Source: a virus
Lineage: Duplodnaviria > Caudoviricetes
IMG/VR virus record: IMGVR_UViG_3300042483_000388
DNA length: 64,000 bases
Strand: one strand, 5' to 3'
Shown: positions 6,687 to 16,151 of the stretch, piece after piece
How positions within the stretch are numbered: position 1 is the first letter of the stretch
How the letters are laid out: every line of letters starts with the position of its first letter
The notes under the pieces: model-generated
The model's database searches: none
The model's input: the letters and a program-made list of their open reading frames with translations, nothing else
What the model was told of the DNA's origin: nothing
Program-made: the position numbers and the translations under genes

Positions 6687-6731
6687 CTAAAATATAATAT
6701 TAGCGCAACACTAAAATATAATTATAGCGCA
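6687..6731. repeat. 21-nt direct repeat x2 (24-nt period)
   Basis: CTAAAATATAATATTAGCGCA 6687-6707 and CTAAAATATAATTATAGCGCA 6711-6731. Confidence 0.8.
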
Positions 6732-6760
6732 TAAAAAAACCCCACCTGTGGAGATGGGGT
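6732..6760 (-). terminator. intrinsic terminator for tmRNA
   Basis: A-run then ACCCCA...TGGGGT hairpin on + strand, i.e. hairpin plus U-tract on - strand. Confidence 0.65.
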
Positions 6761-6769
6761 AATATAAGG

Positions 6770-7166
6770 TGGAGGTGCGGAGGCTCGAACTCCGGTCCAT
6801 AATATCCTGTCAGAGAAGGACTACACGTTTAGGTCAAGGTTTGTCATACCTTCCGAAATATCTGAGTTCTCACACCACTCAGCGACGGTGGTAGTTCTTA
6901 CGGGGAACCACGCCCGTTTTGTCCTCTTTTAGAGTGAAAACCAACTCATCAACGACTTCTGTTGCTAGGTTATCTGTCTGACCGACCCCCCGTTTCCGTA
7001 AACCTCTTAGGCTACAGTAACTTCAGAACCTCTTAGTAAACCAAGAGTTTCCATTTTCGATAAAACGTCGCCGATTGTTTTTGTGAATCAGTTTTTAAGG
7101 AGATTAATTCAGTCTCCACGTGCCCTTTGTCTTCAGCCAATACCTGTCAAATCCAAAAACACCCCC
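6770..7166 (-). ncRNA. ssrA: tmRNA
   Basis: 5' GGGGGTG..GGATTTGAC; 3' CGGAG-TTCGAGC-CTCCG-CACCTCC-A; G3.U70 Ala identity; tag ORF 7072..7007 encodes GDVLSKMETLGLLRGSEVTVA*. Confidence 0.93.
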
Positions 7167-7243
7167 ATATGTCAAATAACTTGTTATATTATAAATACAA
7201 ATATAATACAAAGATTTATATTATTCAATATATTTATAAAAAT

Positions 7244-8389
7244 ATGAGAAAAAGATTACTTATAGAAAACGATATTTCAGAGTTAGATGACTTTCAAAAG
7301 ATACTTCTTTTAAATAAACGAAAGATATCTCCTGACGAGGTTGAATTTTTTAATTCAGATGGTAAATCATATGACGAAATGGAGGTAAAATATGATGGTC
7401 TTTATTTTACTTTTGATGGTCTTGAGGAGTTTTTAAAGTTTTTCTTTCCTGGCACATATGGTGATGGTTCATATGATGAATATGAGGCTTCGAATCTTGA
7501 GCAAATGTATAATAGTCGATGGGATTTTGGTTTTGGTGATAGAGCATATGATGAGTGGAGAGATGGTTATATATTTGGGTATTTTTGCGAAAATAATATG
7601 AATTTATTATATGATGTCGTTAAACTTGTTTCACCTAAACTTATGTCTTGTTTTGTTAAAAATAATTCTGGGAAATTTATATTAAAAAGTGGTGATAATG
7701 AAAGTTGTTATAATAGTATGGTTGAGGTTCTTGACTCACTTCCTAACATATCCGATCAAATCCAATGGATATGGTCTGACGCTATGCAAGAGGCAAGTGA
7801 GGATGATGCATCTAATTATATTAAAGATAGATACTGTGATGGTTTAAATGGGGTTGGCATTAAAAGGTATTCTGATAGATATTGTTTTTGGAAATACAAT
7901 ATTAGTTGGGGTAATTTAGCGATGATGTTTATTAATACGGGTGAGTTTGATGGTAACTTAATTGATACTATGCATACATATATTGATAAAAATTTTAAAG
8001 ACCACACACCTGAATCCTATGCCTATGAGATTGCAGATTACGCTCATAATAGTGAAAAATTTAATGATTATTTTTGCGATAAAATTACCATTAGGTTAGA
8101 AGAATTAATTGAAAATTTGATGGAGGATTTTGATACTGAATATTTTGAGGTATTAACAAAAGTAATAGATATGGGCGGATTTGGTAATTTTTTACCAATG
8201 AAATCATATAATGATAAATACCAAATAAGACTCAATTCAATAGATCCTGATAATTTAAAAATTAAATATACCATTAAGTTAAAAAATTCTTGGGGTGAAG
8301 ACAAACAAGGAGAACTACCACTTAAAGATTTATTGAATCTCATCAACCAACCGGGATTATTTGACCCAATGGATTATAGAACTAGTTAG
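7244..8389 (+). CDS. hypothetical acidic protein (381 aa), possible virion protein
   Basis: Start at ATG 7244 after TATTTAT 7231-7237; the track extension overlaps tmRNA. Confidence 0.8.
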   Translation: MRKRLLIENDISELDDFQKILLLNKRKISPDEVEFFNSDGKSYDEMEVKYDGLYFTFDGLEEFLKFFFPGTYGDGSYDEYEASNLEQMYNSRWDFGFGDRAYDEWRDGYIFGYFCENNMNLLYDVVKLVSPKLMSCFVKNNSGKFILKSGDNESCYNSMVEVLDSLPNISDQIQWIWSDAMQEASEDDASNYIKDRYCDGLNGVGIKRYSDRYCFWKYNISWGNLAMMFINTGEFDGNLIDTMHTYIDKNFKDHTPESYAYEIADYAHNSEKFNDYFCDKITIRLEELIENLMEDFDTEYFEVLTKVIDMGGFGNFLPMKSYNDKYQIRLNSIDPDNLKIKYTIKLKNSWGEDKQGELPLKDLLNLINQPGLFDPMDYRTS

Positions 8390-9419
8390 ATCCGTATATC
8401 CTTTCTTGTAAAATTTCATAAAGTTTAAAACAATCGTCATTGTCAATAAACAATCCTGTTCCATCATAAACGTCCGATATCATAATTCCACATTCTTCCT
8501 CAAACACGTCAACTGAAACCAATGAATGGATCTTATCAATCTCACTTTCGACAATATCATCGTCCTCAAACTTATCATAAGTTGGATAAACAAATGGTTT
8601 ATATTCAAATCCGTATTTTTTAAGACCCAGATCTTTAACCAAGTTTTTGCCGGCCTCAATTGCTCGTACAACATCGTCAACACAAACAAACTCATTTGAT
8701 GTATGCATATTATAGTATCCACAAGAAATGTTAATACAAGAAAAATCGGACTTTTGTTTGATTTGCATGATATCCGTATAAGGGTGAGACTGAACCATCA
8801 TTTCATTTTTAAATGACTTTATAACTGATGGTAGAGCCAATTTAAAGAACTCTCCGTCAACGTCGAATAACTGTGTTCCTGAGCAAGATAATGATATCAA
8901 GTGGTCACCAGGCGCATCGTATTGGGCGCAATACCCAACATCCTTAAGGAAATCAACATTGCAGTTTCTTGATCCATGACAACCAGTTTCTTCTGACACA
9001 AAGAAGGCCACCTTTACTTTATCCAATTGTTTAAGCAATTCCAAACAGATAAAAATACCACATTTGTCGTCACCACCAATACCCGTTGGGTTTCCTTTTT
9101 CATTGTATGCCTTTAAACATGGGACAGGTTCTTTATCAAAAGTTTTTCCAAATGTGTTTGGTCTTGATAACATTTCTTCTTTAACGATAATTTCATCAAC
9201 AAGTTCGTGTACCGTATCTGTGTGGGAAATAAACATTGGATAGAATTCACCTTCATCTAACGTTCCTTTTGTTGCGTAGATATTATTGTGTTCATCACAA
9301 GTAAGGGTAACACCATCCATATCACTAATTGATGACATGATATACTCAACCATCTTAGTCTCTTCATAAGTTTTGGTTGGGACTGAAAGTAATTCTTTAA
9401 ATTTATCTATATTCATCAT
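8382..9419 (-). CDS. M20/M28/M42-clan Zn peptidase
   Basis: SHTDTVH, GGDDKCG, SEETG, YDAP, YYNMH; TATCTTTG on - strand at 9432-9439. Confidence 0.85.
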   Translation of the reverse strand: MMNIDKFKELLSVPTKTYEETKMVEYIMSSISDMDGVTLTCDEHNNIYATKGTLDEGEFYPMFISHTDTVHELVDEIIVKEEMLSRPNTFGKTFDKEPVPCLKAYNEKGNPTGIGGDDKCGIFICLELLKQLDKVKVAFFVSEETGCHGSRNCNVDFLKDVGYCAQYDAPGDHLISLSCSGTQLFDVDGEFFKLALPSVIKSFKNEMMVQSHPYTDIMQIKQKSDFSCINISCGYYNMHTSNEFVCVDDVVRAIEAGKNLVKDLGLKKYGFEYKPFVYPTYDKFEDDDIVESEIDKIHSLVSVDVFEEECGIMISDVYDGTGLFIDNDDCFKLYEILQERIYGSN

Positions 9420-9487
9420 ATATTGTTTTTACAAAGATAATCATTTTTTTTTGATAATACCAAGTATTTATAATTAAAAATATAATT

Positions 9488-9730
9488 ATGAAAATTGTAA
9501 GACTAACAGAAAATGATTTAGTTCGTATTGTAAGACGTGTTATTAATGAAGAGGAAGATGATATGGATGAGTTAATTGATATAAATGTGGAGGTTGAAAA
9601 TCCCGAATGTTGGGAAAACACAACATCTTCTGATGGTAAACGAAAAAAACGAAGAAGAAAAAGTTCAAGTTGTTCTCGCAAATACAAAACTAAATCAAAA
9701 ACAAGTCATTACGGAAATAATTGGCATTAA
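9488..9730 (+). CDS. small protein with LTE-x-DL-x-RIV-x-x-VINE leader and basic tail
   Basis: MKIVRLTENDLVRIVRRVINEEE; late motif 9465-9471. Confidence 0.75.
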   Translation: MKIVRLTENDLVRIVRRVINEEEDDMDELIDINVEVENPECWENTTSSDGKRKKRRRKSSSCSRKYKTKSKTSHYGNNWH

Positions 9731-9753
9731 AATTAAAATAAAAAATATATATT

Positions 9754-10515
9754 ATGAATAGAAGTTATAGTAAAATTAGACACATACTACAAGCCAATCT
9801 GATGTTGGAGGGAAGAATGATGTCGGAGAAAAGAATATTACTTGAAGAAGATAAAAAAGAAGGGGATATAGTTGCCTCTCCTAGAGACCCTTCCGAAATT
9901 GCAACGGGAATGATTGATGCACCGTTTAATGTTATTAATTCTAATGGTCAATATGGAAAACAATATTATTACACTTGTGTGTCTAACAAAGATCTCCCAC
10001 TAGATAAACAAACACCAGCTGAAAAAGCCGGCGCAATAGTTGACGGAAATAATAATTTAGTTACCGCTGCGGGGTTAGGGTTAATACCAGGATATCAGAA
10101 TAAACTTAATGTTGCATGTAAACCTATTTACGATAACTTAGCAAAATGGAGAAAAACATTTTGTGCTAATCTTAAAAATAAAACAAAACCTAATTACGCT
10201 TGGAATTGTCCTGAAGCTGCAAAACCAGTTGTGGCGGCAGCAGTAACAACTGCAACACCTGAGGAATATATTAACCTTTACAATTCAAATTCACTTAAAT
10301 CCAACCCTAAAATAGTACAACTAATAAAGGATGGTAACATAACAGTGATAGATAAGGAGAATGTTAGTGATAATGGGATGGAGAGAACCTATGAACTAAG
10401 ATATTTTACAACCGGAAAAACATTCACATTAGGACAGGGAACTGGACAAGATAAAGTGATAAATTCCCCAAAAGGTACAGATATTACCGATTTGGTTGTG
10501 TCGTTGACTAAATAG
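9754..10515 (+). CDS. hypothetical protein, possible internal head protein
   Basis: 253-aa ORF; leader MNRSYSKIRHILQANLMLE. Confidence 0.75.
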   Translation: MNRSYSKIRHILQANLMLEGRMMSEKRILLEEDKKEGDIVASPRDPSEIATGMIDAPFNVINSNGQYGKQYYYTCVSNKDLPLDKQTPAEKAGAIVDGNNNLVTAAGLGLIPGYQNKLNVACKPIYDNLAKWRKTFCANLKNKTKPNYAWNCPEAAKPVVAAAVTTATPEEYINLYNSNSLKSNPKIVQLIKDGNITVIDKENVSDNGMERTYELRYFTTGKTFTLGQGTGQDKVINSPKGTDITDLVVSLTK

Positions 10516-10522
10516 TCTATAA

Positions 10523-11038
10523 TTATTTAAACATAGTTAAAACACAATAAAAAATATCACCATTGGTGTAGGTTACCCCACCTTGTGTGATTTTATTGGA
10601 TGTTTTACTACCAACACATATACCATCATATTGACTACTTAACAATAACTTATTGTGTGGAGGTGAATTTTTCCAAACGTTTAAAGCCATTGTTGCACAT
10701 TCCTCATCTGTTGAAAGTTTTATAAATGTGCATAAATTTTCCCCAACACATATGTAGTCAAAATTGTAAACATAGTTTATCCTATCTATAAAATTATCGA
10801 ACGTCTTAGAATTAGATGTTTGTATTTTTTGGGAATGATCTAAAGGAATGGTCGATGTCTCAACCATATAATTTAACATCTGTTTATTTGCAATTTTTGC
10901 TTTTTCAGAATAACATAATGGTGGTAATAGGTTTTCTTTACGATATTCGTTGACTTTTTTAATTATTAATTGATCAACATTTTGACCAAAAAAGAAAAAG
11001 AAAACAAAAATAAAAATAAATAATAAAAAAGTTTTCAT
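10523..11038 (-). CDS. secreted CAP (SCP-like) domain protein
   Basis: Signal peptide; VNEYRKEN..PL, VGENL, WKNSPPHNKLLL; promoter on - strand 11057-11088. Confidence 0.8.
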   Translation of the reverse strand: MKTFLLFIFIFVFFFFFGQNVDQLIIKKVNEYRKENLLPPLCYSEKAKIANKQMLNYMVETSTIPLDHSQKIQTSNSKTFDNFIDRINYVYNFDYICVGENLCTFIKLSTDEECATMALNVWKNSPPHNKLLLSSQYDGICVGSKTSNKITQGGVTYTNGDIFYCVLTMFK

Positions 11039-11089
11039 AGTTTCTGTTTGTTTCTACAAATATATTATAAATAACTCTTGTTTACAAAA

Positions 11090-13147
11090 CTATTCCTTCT
11101 TTTTTCTAACTCTTTTTGGTTTTTCCACAATAACCTCATCAACTTTATTACCAATTACTACGTTCTCATCAACAATCGTTAAATTGTAGTTCTCATCCTC
11201 ATTAATTTCAGACATTAAAATCTTCTCAGAAATTAAATCCTCAATCTTATCTTGGATTGCCCTTTTGATCGGTCTTGCTCCGAATGTTTCGTCAAACCCA
11301 ACTTTGGATATATAATCAATTAGTGATTGGTCGTAAGTAAAGTTGTATTTTTTACCCTCAACACGTTTTAACAATCTATCAATCTCCAACTTGGTAATAA
11401 CGTCAATGTGTTCTTTCTTAAGTGAGTTGAAGACAATAACGTCATCAATACGATTTAAGAATTCAGGGGCAAAAAACTTACTAAGTTCTTTTTTAAGGAT
11501 GTCTCTCTTTTGTTCTTCTTGTATAACATTACTTGAATTATTACTTTTAAATCCAACACCTGTGCCAAAGTCGTGTAGTTTTTTAACACCAATATTGGAG
11601 GTCATAATTATTAAACAATTCTTAAAGTTAATTTTTCTACCTAATGAGTCTGTTATATGTCCATCATCCAAAAGTTGTAATAATGTTGAGAATATATCTT
11701 TATGTGCTTTCTCAATTTCATCAAACAAAATAACCGAATATGGTTTGTTTTTAACTTGTTCTGTAAGTTGTCCACCATCTTCATGACCAACATATCCTGG
11801 AGGTGACCCAATCAAACGAGAAATTGTGTGTTTTTCTTGATATTCAGACATATCAATACGGATGAGATTATCGGGACTACCAAAGATTTCTTTTGCCAAT
11901 TGTTTTGCTAAGAATGTTTTACCGACACCTGTTGAACCTAAGAAGATAAATGAACCAATCGGTTTATTTGGATCTTTAATCCCAATTCTATTTCTACGAA
12001 TAGATTTTGTGATTTTCAAAACTGCCTCTTCTTGACCAATAACGATTGAGTTAAGGTTTTTATCTAAATTAATAAGTGAGTTTTTCTCATCTAAATTTAT
12101 GTTTGAAATTGGAATTTTGGTCATGTTGGAAACAACCTCATAGATTAATTCTTCCGGTATATTTCTTTTACTAATTTTAAGTTCTTCGTTAAACTTTTTC
12201 TTCTCAATTTCTAAATTAGTCAAAACATTTCTCTCTCTATCTCGAAGATTTGCGGCTTGCTCATAATCTTGACGCTTAATTACGTTAATTTTTTCCAATT
12301 TAATGTCGGAAGCTTTACGTTTTAAGTTTTCAATAATTTCGGGAAGTTTAATATCTATTTGCATTCTTGCCCCAACCTCATCCAATATATCAAACGCCTT
12401 ATCGGGAAACTCACGATCTGTGATATATCTATCGGCCAACTCAACAAATATCCGAAGAGTTTCATCACTGTAAATAACTTTATGATGGTCTTCGTATTTT
12501 GATTTACTTTGTTTAAGGATTTCAAATGTTTCTTCTTTGGTTGATGGATCAACGACGACTTTTTGAAATCTCCTCTCTAACGCACCATCTTTTTCGAAGT
12601 TAGTTCTATATTCATCCAAAGTAGTTGCTCCAATACATTGGATCTCACCACGAGATAAGGCTGGTTTAAATATGTTGGAGGCATCTAACGAACCTGAACT
12701 ATTTCCCGCACCTACAATAGTGTGAATTTCATCAATAAAAAGTATGATATTTGGACTATTTTGTAATTCCTCAATAATAACCTTCATTCTTTCTTCAAAC
12801 TGACCACGATATTTGGTGCCCGCAACAATTGAGTTCATATCCAACGATACGATTCTTTTATCTAATAAATTTTTTGGACATTCTCCGCCATGTATCATCA
12901 TTGCTAAACCTTCAACAATGGCTGTTTTACCACATCCAGGTTCACCAATTATAATTGGATTATTTTTCTTACGTCTTGAAAGAATCTGAGCAATCCTAAG
13001 GATTTCCTTTTGTCTACCAACAACTGGATCAAGTTTTCCTTCTTCCGCTAATTTATTTAAATCCTTACTAAAGTTATCAAGTACTGGTGTTCCGCTATCC
13101 GGCTTCTTTTTCCCATTATCTCCCTTATCATCTACAAAGTCTAACAT
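11090..13147 (-). CDS. clpC: ClpC-like Hsp100 AAA+ ATPase lacking the N-terminal domain
   Basis: Two NBDs (GEPGCGKT, GSTGVGKT), LFIDEIH/LFDEIEK Walker B, GYVG pore loop, UVR-like M domain, GVGF ClpP-docking loop. Confidence 0.92.
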   Translation of the reverse strand: MLDFVDDKGDNGKKKPDSGTPVLDNFSKDLNKLAEEGKLDPVVGRQKEILRIAQILSRRKKNNPIIIGEPGCGKTAIVEGLAMMIHGGECPKNLLDKRIVSLDMNSIVAGTKYRGQFEERMKVIIEELQNSPNIILFIDEIHTIVGAGNSSGSLDASNIFKPALSRGEIQCIGATTLDEYRTNFEKDGALERRFQKVVVDPSTKEETFEILKQSKSKYEDHHKVIYSDETLRIFVELADRYITDREFPDKAFDILDEVGARMQIDIKLPEIIENLKRKASDIKLEKINVIKRQDYEQAANLRDRERNVLTNLEIEKKKFNEELKISKRNIPEELIYEVVSNMTKIPISNINLDEKNSLINLDKNLNSIVIGQEEAVLKITKSIRRNRIGIKDPNKPIGSFIFLGSTGVGKTFLAKQLAKEIFGSPDNLIRIDMSEYQEKHTISRLIGSPPGYVGHEDGGQLTEQVKNKPYSVILFDEIEKAHKDIFSTLLQLLDDGHITDSLGRKINFKNCLIIMTSNIGVKKLHDFGTGVGFKSNNSSNVIQEEQKRDILKKELSKFFAPEFLNRIDDVIVFNSLKKEHIDVITKLEIDRLLKRVEGKKYNFTYDQSLIDYISKVGFDETFGARPIKRAIQDKIEDLISEKILMSEINEDENYNLTIVDENVVIGNKVDEVIVEKPKRVRKKKE

Positions 13148-13200
13148 ATTTTTTCTTTTTTCTAATACTAATAATAAAAAGATAAAAAGTCCATAATGTA

Positions 13201-13241
13201 ATTTTGTCAGGTTTATTTACTTATAACTGACATTTTGTCAG
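13201..13241. promoter_or_regulatory. operator-like palindrome and direct repeat upstream of clpC
   Basis: CTGACA-TTT-TGTCAG 13227-13241; ATTTTGTCAG at 13201 and 13232. Confidence 0.45.
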
Positions 13242-13323
13242 TATTTGAATGTTTTACCATAAAATAAGTCAAAAAATTGAATTACCAACAACACAATTAA
13301 ATTTTTGTGTTATATTTATTTGT

Positions 13324-13614
13324 ATGGAATCTTGGAAAAAATTTGCGGAAACTTTGGAATTAACAAGAGAGTTAGAAAAAACTTATTTCAAGATTAGAAA
13401 AGTGTTCCAAAGAGAAGGGTGGTCACAAAAAGATATTGAAAAACCACCATATTATCCAAATGATTTAATGTTATTACACAGAAGCATGTCACCATTGGTA
13501 AGGGAAATAGACCAAACAATTAGAGATTATGGTTTTAATGTTGACGGAGACGAAGTTCATTATTATATTATGAATAAACTTCGTCATATAGATGACATAA
13601 CCCCGTTAAATTAA
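13324..13614 (+). CDS. hypothetical protein (96 aa)
   Basis: ATG 13324 after TATTTAT 13313-13319. Confidence 0.7.
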   Translation: MESWKKFAETLELTRELEKTYFKIRKVFQREGWSQKDIEKPPYYPNDLMLLHRSMSPLVREIDQTIRDYGFNVDGDEVHYYIMNKLRHIDDITPLN

Positions 13615-13620
13615 AATATT

Positions 13621-13863
13621 ATGGCAATAACAAAAGAACAAATTGTAGGAACAAAAATTTTAAATGAAATTGAGTCATCTAATATCGTAAGAACAGAGTA
13701 TGACACCTTAACTAAAAAAATGATTGCCGAGTTTAAAAACGGAGTTAAATATGAATATGAAGATGTTCCACACCAAAAATATACAGAGTTTAGATCTTCA
13801 CAATCACAAGGTAATTTCTTCAATAAGAATATTTCAAAAACTTACAAATACACAAAACTATAA
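13621..13863 (+). CDS. KTSC domain protein
   Basis: SSNI..TEYD, F-x-NG-x-x-Y-x-Y-x-x-VP, S-x-G-x-FFN. Confidence 0.85.
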   Translation: MAITKEQIVGTKILNEIESSNIVRTEYDTLTKKMIAEFKNGVKYEYEDVPHQKYTEFRSSQSQGNFFNKNISKTYKYTKL

Positions 13864-13882
13864 TTTGTAGGTATTTATTAAT

Positions 13883-14620
13883 ATGGATACTAAAAAACTA
13901 ATAAAAAGTTTTGATACTCAAGATGAATTAAATCCTAAGATTTGGCAATTACCAAATGGTCAGGATTATAAAATGAAGAATGAGATTAGGGAGAGGTTAT
14001 TAGAAATTGCTTACCAATTTATAGATTATTTGGGTGTTGATATTGTTGTAACCGATATTGTTCTTACGGGATCGTTAGCAAATTATAATTGGTCAAAGTA
14101 TTCCGATTTTGATGTTCATATAATTACCAATTTCCAACAATACCCACCAGAACAATTAGAGCTCTATAAGGAATTATTTATGTTAAAGAAAGCGCTATTC
14201 AATAAAAACTACGACATTAAACTTTTTGGTTATGAGGTTGAGTTATATGTTGAGAATGAATCTGAAGCTCATTTCTCAAGTGGTGTTTATTCCTTATTAT
14301 TTAATGAGTGGGCGATGAAACCAAAAAAAGAAAAAATATCAATTGATAAACCTACCATTGAAAGGAAGGCTAAACAATGGATGGGGATTATTGATGGTGT
14401 ATTAGAGAACATTGAAGATGAAGATATTGAGGACGCTAAGGACCTTATTGAGAAATATAAAGAAAAACTTAGGAAGTTTAGATCTTGTGGTTTAGAAAAA
14501 AATGGTGAGTATTCTTCAGAAAATCTAGTATTTAAAATCTTAAGAAGAAATGGATATCTTGAAAAACTAAGAGGTGCAACACATAAAATATTGGAAAAAG
14601 GTTTATCAATGAACCAATAA
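13883..14620 (+). CDS. Pol-beta-superfamily nucleotidyltransferase
   Basis: LTGSLANYNWSKYSDFDVH (GS...DxD); third acid near VELYVE; late motif 13872-13878. Confidence 0.85.
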   Translation: MDTKKLIKSFDTQDELNPKIWQLPNGQDYKMKNEIRERLLEIAYQFIDYLGVDIVVTDIVLTGSLANYNWSKYSDFDVHIITNFQQYPPEQLELYKELFMLKKALFNKNYDIKLFGYEVELYVENESEAHFSSGVYSLLFNEWAMKPKKEKISIDKPTIERKAKQWMGIIDGVLENIEDEDIEDAKDLIEKYKEKLRKFRSCGLEKNGEYSSENLVFKILRRNGYLEKLRGATHKILEKGLSMNQ

Positions 14621-14696
14621 TAATTGTAAAAACAAAATATTACCAAATATCAATATATTTATTAAGAAAAAATAATTTATTAAAAATAAAGAAACT

Positions 14697-16151
14697 ATGT
14701 CAGGATTAAGACCAATAGGTAGTGAAAAATTAGAAGGTATGGATAAAATTAGACGAATAATGGAAATTGCTCGTTATAATGAAAACACACCTGAATCAGT
14801 TAATGAAGGATCCTTAACAACATACAGTTTATCTTTGGCTGACGGTAACACATATGAAATCGTAAAAGAAAGATTAGGGTATATTGTTAAGTTATCGATA
14901 AACGAATCTGATGCGGATTATATTGAACCGATTCAGAATAGGAAGTATTACCCATCTTATTCGAGAGCATTAAAGAAATTAAATTTAATGGCTAAAGAGT
15001 TTAATACGATATATGAAAATGTAGAAGGGACCTCGTTATTTAACGAGCAAAAAAAAAAGTATATACTAAAGGTTCCTAAACCAAAAACAACGGATAATGA
15101 AATGCCCGCACCAGCGGATATTCCCCCTCCAGCACCGGCACCAGAAATGGGTGCTCCGGTAGATGTTCCACCTCCGGTATCCGGACCACCAATGGATGAA
15201 TCAGGAATGCCACCAATGGATGATGCGGGAATACCACCAATGGGTGATACAGGAATGCCACCAATGGGTGATGCAGGAATGCCACCAATGGACGATGCGG
15301 GAATGCCACCAATGGACGATGCGGGAATGCCACCAATGGATGGTGAAGATGAATTACCTGGTTTAGGGTCAGGTGAAGGTATGGATGATGATGAACCGAA
15401 AGATAAAAAAGTATCCGATATTAAAAGAATCCAAATACTCGTTGGAAAATTAGCCCAAAAAATAAGATCTTATGAGGAAGGAAAAGAACTTTCATCTAAA
15501 GATGTAAAATATGTTATTAACTCCATTTTATCTGCTATAGATGTTGATGTTCTAAGTGAAAAAGATATAGAACAAATTATTTCAAAACTAGAAGGTCCTG
15601 ACGATGAGGATGAAGATGGTGACGTTAATGTTGATATGGAAGATGAAGAAATGGCACCTGAAGAACCTGAAGGTGAGATGGGTGAGGGTTATAATAATTT
15701 AGAGTCAGCATTTAATGATTATATGGGAGCAGCATATGCTAATACCGCAATGAGAAAATCTCTTGGTCAAGAAATTGATGAAGAAGATGATGACGAATAC
15801 CACAGAGAAAGAAGAAAAGGAAGAAAACATTTAGTAAATCCACCACAATTCTCTAACGGAACATATAATGAGTCTTCAGTGGATAAGGTCCTTTCAAAAT
15901 ATTTTATATTATCTGAAAACGAAGAAAAAGATAATCAAAAAAAACAACAAGAAAGAGCTCAAAAACAATATAAAGACACTAAATTCCAAATAATAAGATT
16001 ATCGGAAAGTATTGACCAAATTGAAGCTGCAACTGAATACATTAAAGAATTCCCAAGATCTAAATTATTTGGAGTATCAAATAAAGGAAATCTTATTTTT
16101 AAACAAGGTATTAGTGAAGTTAAAATTACTAAATATGGTGATATCCTATGA
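14697..16151 (+). CDS. acidic Pro-rich protein with PPM repeats; probable prohead/internal protein
   Basis: 484 aa; multiple hydrophobic-x-E sites; late motif 14656-14662. Confidence 0.75.
   Translation: MSGLRPIGSEKLEGMDKIRRIMEIARYNENTPESVNEGSLTTYSLSLADGNTYEIVKERLGYIVKLSINESDADYIEPIQNRKYYPSYSRALKKLNLMAKEFNTIYENVEGTSLFNEQKKKYILKVPKPKTTDNEMPAPADIPPPAPAPEMGAPVDVPPPVSGPPMDESGMPPMDDAGIPPMGDTGMPPMGDAGMPPMDDAGMPPMDDAGMPPMDGEDELPGLGSGEGMDDDEPKDKKVSDIKRIQILVGKLAQKIRSYEEGKELSSKDVKYVINSILSAIDVDVLSEKDIEQIISKLEGPDDEDEDGDVNVDMEDEEMAPEEPEGEMGEGYNNLESAFNDYMGAAYANTAMRKSLGQEIDEEDDDEYHRERRKGRKHLVNPPQFSNGTYNESSVDKVLSKYFILSENEEKDNQKKQQERAQKQYKDTKFQIIRLSESIDQIEAATEYIKEFPRSKLFGVSNKGNLIFKQGISEVKITKYGDIL
15186..15341 (+). 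repeat. 24-nt in-frame tandem repeat (PPMDDAGM-like, 6 full copies + 1 partial)
   Basis: CCACCAATGG recurs every 24 nt from 15186 to 15330. Confidence 0.9.

Noticed and set aside
6681-6731. dif/Xer recombination site
   Set aside because: Only loose resemblance to the XerC arm and no TTATGTTAAAT-like XerD arm; kept only as an unexplained repeat
7127-7243. N-terminal extension of ORF 7127..8389
   Set aside because: Starts at a TTG inside the tmRNA; ATG 7244 after the late motif is the better start
15186-15341. Possible CRISPR array (also considered 4887-4992, 23970-24050 and 62111-62235)
   Set aside because: Units are contiguous, multiples of 3 and in frame, with no unique spacers and no cas genes
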